56,680 nt of DNA, taken from positions 1 to 56,680 of the forward strand of contig JAUCBJ010000275.1 of the NCBI GenBank assembly GCA_032718475.1. Direction: 5' to 3'. The stretch comes from Nemertoderma westbladi (taxonomy: Eukaryota > Animalia > Xenacoelomorpha). The position numbers and the translations under genes are program-made. Of the stretch, positions 43,904 to 54,800 are shown piece by piece (positions within the stretch are counted from its first letter, which is position 1; every line of letters begins with the position of its first letter). The notes beneath the pieces are model-generated. The model was not told where the DNA came from and searched no databases. It saw only the letters and a list, made by a program, of their open reading frames with translations.

Positions 43904-44525
43904 CCTGTACTTAGACCGGTACTTGTACCTGTACCAGTACTTGTACCAGTACGTGTACCAGTACCTGTACCAGTACGTGTACCTGTACCAGTACCTGTAC
44001 TTAGACCTGTACTTGTACCTGTACCAGTACCTGTACTTGTACCAGTACGTGTACCTGTACCTGTACCAGTACCAGTACGTGTACCTGTACTTGTACTTAG
44101 ACCTGTACTTTTACCTGCACCTGTACCAGTACCAGTACTTGTACCAGTACCCGTACCTGTACTTAGACCTGTACCTGTACCAGTACGTGTACCTGTACCT
44201 GTACTTAGACCTGTACTTTTACCTGCACCTGTACCAGTACTTGTACCAGTACCTGTACCAGTACGTGTACCTGTACCAGTACCTGTACTTAGACCGGTAC
44301 TTGTACCTGTACCAGTACTTGTACCAGTACGTGTACCAGTACCTGTACGTGTACCTGTACCAGTACCTGTACTTAGACCTGTACTTGTACCTGCACCAGT
44401 ACCTGTACTTGTACCTGTACATGTACCTGTACTTAGACCTGTACTTTTACCTGCACCTGTACCAGTACCAGTACTTGTACCTGCACCTGTACCAGTACCT
44501 GTACCTGTACCAGTACGTGTACATG
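43904..44525. repeat. Degenerate hexamer array, right arm (CCAGTA/CGTGTA-rich)
   Basis: Same 6-bp unit as the left arm, with a variant mix matching 42250-43169. Decays into unique AT-rich DNA at ~44525. Confidence 0.97.
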
Positions 44526-45164
44526 ACAGACGTTTAACATAAACTTTCGTTTATCTACTAATACTGTTTATTTATACCATCATGTTACTCAACTTTTTAA
44601 TTAAATGATTCAAATAATCTGTCATGTTTTATAATTGTTGGCATATCTTTACTTAAAATTACACATTTTATAACGAACCTGTCTTTAGACTGGGTAGTTC
44701 TTGTTAAGAGTCGAGCCGTTCAAAAACACGATGTGGTGGGGGTGTGTATGTGTGTGTATAACCTGTGTCTCAAAAACTCAAGCAGGTACGCAAACAATTT
44801 TAACGCGACTATTTATCAATTAGCATCTAGTTGTTGTCGATGTGCGATATTTGAAATATTACCATATTATCAACATTATGGAACGCGAAATTAAATACCC
44901 ACAGCTACGCTTTTACAGCTGAACAACATTTCACTACTTATTGTCAATTGGAGTTACGTATATTAATTATATCGTTAATTATTGTTCTATCTCTATTCAG
45001 TCAGTTAGTGTAAATGTCAAGCAGTACATCATTTACAGTATATATCGTATGTATCTACTGTATAGGCCCTATTGTCATCGTTATGCAGTAATACTGACAT
45101 CGACTCAGACTAAGCTCAACTCAAGACTTGAATCTATTTGATTCTTAACTTAATTAGATCCAAC

Positions 45165-45360
45165 TATGACGGATTGGACTCTAAAATCATTCAAAGTTCT
45201 AATCATAAAGATGTTGGTAACTGAATTCAAACCTCCATTGACTTTACATTAAATTGCGGTCTTAATTAATTGTCCTTTGGGTATCATCAACTAATTAAAC
45301 TTAAGAAGCAGATAGAAAAATACGTAGACTCTACAAGAGTCGCATAATAAACTGACTACT
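45165..45360 (+). mobile_element. Possible highly decayed CR1-group LINE ORF2 remnant (post-RT region)
   Basis: Frame from 45165 reads YDGLDSKIIQSSNHKDVGN*IQTSIDFTLNC, resembling the CR1-group pattern YxLxxxxIxxxxxxKDLGVxIxxxLxF. It is followed by GL..SF and LKKQIEK-like words. Short and degenerate. Confidence 0.35.
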
Positions 45361-45429
45361 TTTCATAATGACAATACAATATGGGAGTAGAACTGAGTGA
45401 CGGATTGATATTAATGGCGTGCTGCTTTA

Positions 45430-46326
45430 TTATTGGTTGACCTTTAGAAGTCCGAATGATTTATAGACCTTATGTTGTCTCGTCGTTCTGAGTTTCTTTA
45501 AATCCTTATTGTATTCCTGTTCCCTTAGCAACTGTTTCCGTTGGTCCATCAGTATGTCTCTATGTTCGGTTAGCGCCTTAGATTCCTCTATTAACGCATA
45601 CAGTTGAGCTCTGAGAACTCGATTCTCTGTCCGAACATTCCCTGTATGTTCCATCAGACATCGCAACGCCGTGTTATACGCGACTTTATTTAGCTCTTCG
45701 ATCTGTTTATTATTCTCTTGTTGGAACTGTTGTTTCTCAGTTAGGAAGTCCTGTTTTATTCTGTGTATTGTTTCAGTATGTTTACCTCTCAATAAGAATA
45801 CTTCTCTCTCTAACTGTTTAATTGTATTAACCTGCTCGCTCTGCAGATTTCTATACTCTTCTAACTCGTTAAACTCTACAGATATCTTCGCTAATTCCGC
45901 CTCCTTTTTCAATATAACTTCCTTCATTTCTTCCTTATCCTTCGCTAACTTCTTCAACATGTCCTCCTTCTCCACGGCGATATCTTCCAACTGTTTTTTA
46001 TGGTAATCCGACAGAGTTATTATGGCGGACTCTCGTTTGTTCGTTTTCTTTTGCATGTACGCCATAAACTCGTGAGTTTCGTTTCGAACTCGACTCGCTT
46101 CTGTCTGTAGGAATTCGTTCTCTTCTCTCAAATGCTCTACTCGTAATTTAATCTCATCCACATCCTTGGTAATAGCTTCTAGTTCTTGTTTTAACAAAGT
46201 GTCTTTGTCTAGCGGTTTTTCTTCCGTTTCACTTTTCGCACTTTTCGGATCGATTTTTGAGGAACTTGCTGCTGACTTTCCGCCTTTCTTCCCTTTCCCC
46301 TTCTTTTTTCCTTTCCCTTTAGGCAT
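45430..46326 (-). CDS. CCDC166: Coiled-coil domain-containing protein 166-like (CCDC166/CCDC121, DUF4515-type family), 298 aa, single coding exon
   Basis: ATG at 46326 (MPKGKGKKKGKGKKGG, lysine-rich N-terminus) to TAA at 45430, followed by a second TAA. Long heptad-rich body. LREENEFLQTEASRVRNE, YRNLQSEQVNTIKQLEREVFLLRGKHTETIHRIKQDFLTEK and LMEHTGNVRTENRVLRAQL are colinear with CCDC166 as I recall it. The track's TTG start at 46341 is not used. Confidence 0.88.
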   Translation of the reverse strand: MPKGKGKKKGKGKKGGKSAASSSKIDPKSAKSETEEKPLDKDTLLKQELEAITKDVDEIKLRVEHLREENEFLQTEASRVRNETHEFMAYMQKKTNKRESAIITLSDYHKKQLEDIAVEKEDMLKKLAKDKEEMKEVILKKEAELAKISVEFNELEEYRNLQSEQVNTIKQLEREVFLLRGKHTETIHRIKQDFLTEKQQFQQENNKQIEELNKVAYNTALRCLMEHTGNVRTENRVLRAQLYALIEESKALTEHRDILMDQRKQLLREQEYNKDLKKLRTTRQHKVYKSFGLLKVNQ

Positions 46327-46708
46327 TATTACTAATAACAACTTTCGATATTCAGCGTAACACTGCTAAATGATAAATATGCTTTGGTTTATTAATGCAA
46401 AATAATATTGTTTGTATATTACTGTAGATTAGGCTACAATTCTGGGTCTTCACAAATGCGTAAGGGGCAATTTATTTAAAAAATGCTGTCCGGTATTTAA
46501 AATAATTGTTTGAACATTGTAACGAATACCTCTGCATTGGTAGGGAATTAAATAAAGAAGGGTACAGTCACGTTTCGGGTACCTACAAATGCAAATATAG
46601 AAATACCAAATACTAAATTTTAATTAATTTACGAGTAGCCCTGCCCTAGGTACTCTGAATTTGTACAGTGGATTGTATATTATGGGTATATTTGGTTTAT
46701 TATTTTGG

Positions 46709-46775
46709 TTAGCCCTAAAGTTTAGCCCTAAGGGCCTAGGCTTAGGCTTAGGCCTAGGCTTTAGGGCGTAGGCCC
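46709..46775. other. Palindrome-rich cluster of telomere-like words (CCCTAA / TTAGGC / TTAGGG)
   Basis: GCCCTAAAG (46712-46720) is the exact reverse complement of CTTTAGGGC (46759-46767). The cluster also contains GCCCTAAGGGC, two GCCTAGGC palindromes and TTAGGCTTAGGC. Confidence 0.6.
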
Positions 46776-46823
46776 AACCGGTGTCCGGTACATTGTAAAA
46801 CTGGCTATATTATTATTTGAACC

Positions 46824-46837
46824 GTCGCCGGGGCAAC
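46824..46837. promoter_or_regulatory. Candidate RFX-binding X-box upstream of the CCDC166-like gene
   Basis: GTCGCCGGGGCAAC fits the 14-bp imperfect palindrome GTYRCC-NN-RGYAAC and lies ~500 bp 5' of the ATG. X-boxes are the known promoter signature of RFX-regulated ciliary genes. Confidence 0.65.
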
Positions 46838-47170
46838 CTTTTCCGTATCCATTTCATTACTAAATTGACGAATCACAGTCAAGATAAGAGTGCCTATAAA
46901 TCCGGAGGCCCAGTTATACACACGGTTGTGTTGGTACAGTAGCAATGCTTTGTATTGCGTTGCATACAAGGCCTTGGTTGCATACCATACATAATATAAC
47001 ACGGGTGGTGCAGACTATACAGATATAATTGATTTAAACCATATCAGTTTTACGTTAAACTTGAACTTGAAATTTGCGGCATTTGTAGCTAAACATTAAA
47101 ATAAAGTAAAAAATCACATAAAAGACGACCATATTAATAATAATGAAGAACGATCTTATTGTTTATGTAG

Positions 47171-47709
47171 CAGTTGAGATCGTATTGGTGAATCATTCTC
47201 AGGTACCGTAAGGTTTACCAAAAAGGTTCAAGATTTATACTCTAACCCTTTCAGAGTTGGGCTCAAATGTCATTTCTACGCTGGCTATTATGATGTACAT
47301 AATTTATTATATTCAAACGTAACGAAATATCAAACTGAGTTGAAGTCTGTAAAACTGAAACTAAAAACCGACAAGACTGAGATCCTACTGCATCAAAATA
47401 TCGGATTAATTATATTGGTTCACAGATAAACAGATAATATTGGGTGTTGGTAATCTTTCTAGCAGTAATTTAGCACGAATGAAACATTACTAAGTAAGAT
47501 TCACTCGAGATACATTATATTTCGGATTGCCCACAAAGACACTGAAAAAACTCAAATACATACAAAACTCGGCAGCCCGGTTACTGTGTTTTGTCAAGGA
47601 ACGACAATATTACGCAATTTCCACTGGTTACCGATCTGTTATAGAATAGATTTCAAGATTATATATAATGCCGTCGTGAAACGGCACAAAGTTACCGCAC
47701 CAAGTTACC
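47171..47709 (+). mobile_element. Decayed, internally deleted L2-type LINE ORF2 (RT plus C-terminal region) remnant
   Basis: Motifs in the correct order across frameshifts: LRSY and RIGESFS (~47174-47201); GLP.(K)GS (~47212-47230, cf. GVPQGS); GLKCHFYA (47259-47282, cf. HxYADD); KLKLKTDKTEILL (47352-47390, cf. LKLNxxKTE); LGV; LYFGLPTKTLKKLKYIQNSAARLL (47515-47586); TILRNFHWLPICYRIDFKI (~47604-47660); APSY (47697-47708). Confidence 0.85.
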
Positions 47710-48431
47710 GCACGAAGTTACCGCACAAAGTTACCGCACCAAGTTACCGCACAAAGTTACCGCACCAAGTTACCGCACAAAGTTACCGCTCTAAGTTACC
47801 GCACAAAGTTACCGCACAAAGTTACCGCACCAAGTTACCGCACAAAGTTACCGCACCGAGTTACCGCACCAAGTTTACCGCACAAAGTTACCGCACCAAG
47901 TTACCCCACCAAGTTACCGCACAAAGTTACCGCACCAAGTTACCGCACCACGTTACCGCACCAAGTTACCGCACAAAGTTACCGCACCAATTTACCGCAC
48001 CAAGTTACCGCAACAAGTTAACGCACAAAGTTACCGCACCAAGTAACCGCACAAAGTTACTGCACAAAGTTACCGCACCAAGTTACCGCAAAAAGTTACC
48101 GCACCAAATTACCGCACCAAGTTACCGCACCAAGTTACCGCACAAAGTTACCGCACAAAGTTACCGCACCAAGTTACCGCACCAAGTTACCACACAAAGT
48201 AACCGCACCAAGTTACCGCACAAAGTTACCGCACCAAGTTACCGCACAAAGTTACCGCACAAAGTTACCGCAACAAGTTACCGCACAAAGTTACCGCACA
48301 AAGTTACCGCAACAAGTTACCGCACAAAGTTACCGCACCAAGTTACCGCTCAAAGTAACCACACCAAGTTACCGCACCAAGTTACCGCACAAAGTTACCG
48401 CACAAAGTTACCACATAAAGTTACCGCACCA
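47684..48431. repeat. 13-bp minisatellite GCAC(C/A)AAGTTACC, ~57 copies
   Basis: Period read directly. Dimorphic C/A position, scattered SNVs and one 1-bp insertion near 47875. Confidence 0.98.
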
Positions 48432-48895
48432 CATTACAATTTCCATTTTCATATATCCCTATTTCCCACTTTTCCATATTCCCTTGTTTGTTCCAGCCCT
48501 AACTGTTATGCTAATTTCTGAGACAACAAACTAACTATAATTGGAATGAACATCTAACTTTTTATAAACTTCTATTTCAAAATCTGACATTCTATCCAGC
48601 TTTTCGCCACAGTCACTCATTTTCTCACATTGTGAATTAAAATTGACGTCAGTAGGTACTCTGTATTGTACAGTACTCTGTACTCTTATATTGTCTTTCA
48701 GTTACTTGTCTATGTAATTATGGGAGGTTGTTGTGTCAGCTACCCATTGAAGTAGAAGATATCATTAATAATGTCTGTAGCTAATAAATAGACGTGTCTG
48801 ACTATCTGAGGTTGCTTTGTGGTTATCATGTCTCGAAGTCAACCAAGCATTCATTTATGATATTTATAGATTACAGTATCAATAGTGATTGCGGA

Positions 48896-51800
48896 TAGAG
48901 GAGACCTACACTACCATATATGTTGCATATATCTTCTAGAGGATACCTACACTACCATATATGTTGCATATATCTTCTAGAGGAGACCTACACTACCATA
49001 TATGTTGCATATATCTTCTAGAGGAGACCTACACTACCATATATGTTGCATATATCTTCTAGAGGAGACCTACACTACCATATATGTTGCATATATCTTC
49101 TAGAGGAGACCTACACTACCATATATGTTGCATATATCTTCTAGAGGAGACCTACACTACCATATATGTTGCATATATCTTCTAGAGGAGACCTACACTA
49201 CCATATATGTTGCATATATCTTCTAGAGGAGACCTACACTACCATATATGTTGCATATATCTTCTAGAGGAGACCTACACTACCATATATGTTGCATATA
49301 TCTTCTAGAGGAGACCTACACTACCATATATGTTGCATATATCTTCTAGAGGAGACCTACACTACCATATATGTTGCATATATCTTCTAGAGGAGACCTA
49401 CACTACCATATATGTTGCATATATCTTCTAGAGGAGACCTACACTACCATATATGTTGCATATATCTTCTAGAGGAGACCTACACTACCATATATGTTGC
49501 ATATATCTTCTAGAGGAGACCTACACTACCATATATGTTGCATATATCTTCTAGAGGAGACCTACACTACCATATATGTTGCATATATCTTCTAGAGGAG
49601 ACCTACACTACCATATATGTTGCATATATCTTCTAGAGGAGACCTACACTACCATATATGTTGCATATATCTTCTAGAGGAGACCTACACTACCATATAT
49701 GTTGCATATATCTTCTAGAGGAAACCTACACTACCATATATGTTGCATATATCTTCTAGAGGAGACCTACACTACCATATATGTTGCATATATCTTCTAG
49801 AGGAGACCTACACTACCATATATGTTGCATATATCTTCTAGAGGAAACCTACACTACCATATATGTTGCATATATCTTCTAGAGGAGACCTACACTACCA
49901 TATGTTGCATATATCTTCTAGAGGAAACCTACACTACCATATATGTTGCATATATCTTCTAGAGGAGACCTACACTACCATATATGTTGCATATATCTTC
50001 TAGAGGAGACCTACACTACCATATATGTTGCATATATCTTCTAGAGGAGACCTACACTACCATATATGTTGCATATATCTTCTAGAGGAGACCTACACTA
50101 CCATATATGTTGCATATATCTTCTAGAGGAGACCTACACTACCATATATGTTGCATATATCTTCTAGAGGAGACCTACACTACCATATATGTTGCATATA
50201 TCTTCTAGAGGAGACCTACACTACCATATATGTTGCATATATCTTCTAGAGGAGACCTACACTACCATATATGTTGCATATATCTTCTAGAGGAGACCTA
50301 CACTACCATATATGTTGCATATATCTTCTAGAGGAGACCTACACTACCATATATGTTGCATATATCTTCTAGAGGAGACCTACACTACCATATATGTTGC
50401 ATATATCTTCTAGAGGAGACCTACACTACCATATATGTTGCATATATCTTCTAGAGGAGACCTACACTACCATATATGTTGCATATATCTTCTAGAGGAG
50501 ACCTACACTACCATATATGTTGCATATATCTTCTAGAGGAGACCTACACTACCATATATGTTGCATATATCTTCTAGAGGAGACCTACACTACCATATAT
50601 GTTGCATATATCTTCTAGAGGAGACCTACACTACCATATATGTTGCATATATCTTCTAGAGGAGACCTACACTACCATATATGTTGCATATATCTTCTAG
50701 AGGAGACCTACACTACCATATATGTTGCATATATCTTCTAGAGGAGACCTACACTACCATATATGTTGCATATATCTTCTAGAGGAGACCTACACTACCA
50801 TATATGTTGCATATATCTTCTAGAGGAGACCTACACTACCATATATGTTGCATATATCTTCTAGAGGAGACCTACACTACCATATATGTTGCATATATCT
50901 TCTAGAGGAGACCTACACTACCATATATGTTGCATATATCTTCTAGAGGAGACCTACACTACCATATATGTTGCATATATCTTCTAGAGGAGACCTACAC
51001 TACCATATATGTTGCATATATCTTCTAGAGGAGACCTACACTACCATATATGTTGCATATATCTTCTAGAGGAGACCTACACTACCATATATGTTGCATA
51101 TATCTTCTAGAGGAGACCTACACTACCATATATGTTGCATATATCTTCTAGAGGAGACCTACACTACCATATATGTTGCATATATCTTCTAGAGGAGACC
51201 TACACTACCATATATGTTGCATATATCTTCTAGAGGAGACCTACACTACCATATATGTTGCATATATCTTCTAGAGGAGACCTACACTACCATATATGTT
51301 GCATATATCTTCTAGAGGAGACCTACACTACCATATATGTTGCATATATCTTCTAGAGGAAACCTACACTACCATATATGTTGCATATATCTTCTAGAGG
51401 AGACCTACACTACCATATATGTTGCATATATCTTCTAGAGGAGACCTACACTACCATATATGTTGCATATATCTTCTAGAGGAGACCTACACTACCATAT
51501 ATGTTGCATATATCTTCTAGAGGAGACCTACACTACCATATATGTTGCATATATCTTCTAGAGGAGACCTACACTACCATATATGTTGCATATATCTTCT
51601 AGAGGAGACCTACACTACCATATATGTTGCATATATCTTCTAGAGGAGACCTACACTACCATATATGTTGCATATATCTTCTAGAGGAGACCTACACTAC
51701 CATATATGTTGCATATATCTTCTAGAGGAGACCTACACTACCATATATGTTGCATATATCTTCTAGAGGAGACCTACACTACCATATGTTGCATATATCT

Positions 51801-54800
51801 TCTAGAGGAAACCTACACTACCATATATGTTGCATATATCTTCTAGAGGAGACCTACACTACCATATATGTTGCATATATCTTCTAGAGGAGACCTACAC
51901 TACCATATATGTTGCATATATCTTCTAGAGGAGACCTACACTACCATATATGTTGCATATATCTTCTAGAGGAGACCTACACTACCATATATGTTGCATA
52001 TATCTTCTAGAGGAGACCTACACTACCATATATGTTGCATATATCTTCTAGAGGAAACCTACACTACCATATATGTTGCATATATCTTCTAGAGGAGACC
52101 TACACTACCATATATGTTGCATATATCTTCTAGAGGAGACCTACACTACCATATATGTTGCATATATCTTCTAGAGGAGACCTACACTACCATATATGTT
52201 ACATATATCTTCTAGAGGAGACCTACACTACCATATATGTTGCATATATCTTCTAGAGGAGACCTACACTACCATATATGTTGCATATATCTTCTAGAGG
52301 AGACCTACACTACCATATATGTTGCATATATCTTCTAGAGGAGACCTACACTACCATATATGTTGCATATATCTTCTAGAGGAGACCTACACTACCATAT
52401 ATGTTACATATATCTTCTAGAGGAGACCTACACTACCATATATGTTGCATATATCTTCTAGAGGAGACCTACACTACCATATATGTTACATATATCTTCT
52501 AGAGGAAACCTACACTACCATATATGTTGCATATATCTTCTAGAGGAACCTACACTACCATATATGTTACATATATCTTCTAGAGGAAACCTACACTACC
52601 ATATATGTTGCATATATCTTCTAGAGGAAACCTACACTACCATATATGTTGCATATATCTTCTAGAGGAGACCTACACTACCATATATGTTGCATATATC
52701 TTCTAGAGGAGACCTACACTACCATATATGTTGCATATATCTTCTAGAGGAGACCTACACTACCATATATGTTGCATATATCTTCTAGAGGAGACCTACA
52801 CTACCATATATGTTGCATATATCTTCTAGAGGAAACCTACACTACCATATATGTTGCATATATCTTCTAGAGGAGACCTACACTACCATATATGTTGCAT
52901 ATATCTTCTAGAGGAGACCTACACTACCATATATGTTGCATATATCTTCTAGAGGAGACCTACACTACCATATATGTTGCATATATCTTCTAGAGGAGAC
53001 CTACACTACCATATATGTTGCATATATCTTCTAGAGGAGACCTACACTACCATATATGTTGCATATATCTTCTAGAGGAGACCTACACTACCATATATGT
53101 TACATATATCTTCTAGAGGAAACCTACACTACCATATATGTTGCATATATCTTCTAGAGGAGACCTACACTACCATATATGTTGCATATATCTTCTAGAG
53201 GAGACCTACACTACCATATATGTTGCATATATCTTCTAGAGGAGACCTACACTACCATATATGTTGCATATATCTTCTAGAGGAGACCTACACTACCATA
53301 TATGTTGCATATATCTTCTAGAGGAGACCTACACTACCATATATGTTACATATATCTTCTAGAGGAAACCTACACTACCATATATGTTGCATATATCTTC
53401 TAGAGGAGACCTACACTACCATATATGTTGCATATATCTTCTAGAGGAGACCTACACTACCATATATGTTACATATATCTTCTAGAGGAAACCTACACTA
53501 CCATATATGTTGCATATATCTTCTAGAGGAGACCTACACTACCATATATGTTGCATATATCTTCTAGAGGAGACCTACACTACCATATATGTTGCATATA
53601 TCTTCTAGAGGAGACCTACACTACCATATATGTTGCATATATCTTCTAGAGGAGACCTACACTACCATATATGTTGCATATATCTTCTAGAGGAGACCTA
53701 CACTACCATATATGTTGCATATATCTTCTAGAGGAGACCTACACTACCATATATGTTGCATATATCTTCTAGAGGAGACCTACACTACCATATATGTTGC
53801 ATATATCTTCTAGAGGAGACCTACACTACCATATATGTTGCATATATCTTCTAGAGGAGACCTACACTACCATATATGTTGCATATATCTTCTAGAGGAG
53901 ACCTACACTACCATATATGTTGCATATATCTTCTAGAGGAGACCTACACTACCATATATGTTGCATATATCTTCTAGAGGAGACCTACACTACCATATAT
54001 GTTGCATATATCTTCTAGAGGAGACCTACACTACCATATATGTTGCATATATCTTCTAGAGGAGACCTACACTACCATATATGTTGCATATATCTTCTAG
54101 AGGAGACCTACACTACCATATATGTTGCATATATCTTCTAGAGGAGACCTACACTACCATATATGTTGCATATATCTTCTAGAGGAGACCTACACTACCA
54201 TATATGTTGCATATATCTTCTAGAGGAGACCTACACTACCATATATGTTGCATATATCTTCTAGAGGAGACCTACACTACCATATATGTTGCATATATCT
54301 TCTAGAGGAGACCTACACTACCATATATGTTGCATATATCTTCTAGAGGAGACCTACACTACCATATATGTTGCATATATCTTCTAGAGGAGACCTACAC
54401 TACCATATATGTTGCATATATCTTCTAGAGGAGACCTACACTACCATATATGTTGCATATATCTTCTAGAGGAGACCTACACTACCATATATGTTGCATA
54501 TATCTTCTAGAGGAGACCTACACTACCATATATGTTGCATATATCTTCTAGAGGAGACCTACACTACCATATATGTTGCATATATCTTCTAGAGGAGACC
54601 TACACTACCATATATGTTGCATATATCTTCTAGAGGAGACCTACACTACCATATATGTTGCATATATCTTCTAGAGGAGACCTACACTACCATATATGTT
54701 GCATATATCTTCTAGAGGAGACCTACACTACCATATATGTTGCATATATCTTCTAGAGGAGACCTACACTACCATATATGTTGCATATATCTTCTAGAGG

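Noticed and set aside
37099-44525. Minus-strand (TACAGG)n as a variant telomere repeat
   Set aside because: The array is internal and highly degenerate, and this is not a telomere motif I can support. It would need chromosome-end data.
37077-44542. Long ORFs of TG/LSTG, RY/SKY, YL/DL and VP/LR repeats (up to 1908 aa)
   Set aside because: A 6-bp repeat is open in most frames on both strands. The peptide type switches at the indels near 39190 and 40815, and a retroelement interrupts the array. There is no evidence of coding selection.
45198-45218. TCTAATCATAAAGATGTTGGT (SNHKDVG), resembling the start of mitochondrial cox1 (STNHKDIG); possible NUMT
   Set aside because: The similarity does not extend on either side, and the context fits a LINE KDLG motif better.
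46941-46980. AGCA...TTGTATTGCG...GGCCTTGGT, faintly like the 52-mer
   Set aside because: It needs a ~10-bp gap and several mismatches, which is compatible with chance.
44941-47002. Short ORFs 44941-45141, 45671-46006, 46166-46360 and 46805-47002 (also 36740-36973 and 43268-43459)
   Set aside because: They are antisense shadows of real ORFs, or short AT-rich frames with no recognisable motif.
47203-47254. Apparent small intron (GT...CTAAC...TTTCAG) implying a + strand gene
   Set aside because: The same bases are better explained as L2 RT motifs in colinear order.
47586-48521. 311-aa ORF
   Set aside because: An L2 remnant running into a stop-free 13-bp repeat; it is not a gene.
48870-48940. 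41-mer frame reads RGDLHYHICC, like an HUH endonuclease motif II, after a possible acceptor TTTATAG
   Set aside because: Only a few residues match, there is an in-frame stop just upstream, and no other Rep motifs are present. The 52483-52665 ORF is a repeat artefact.
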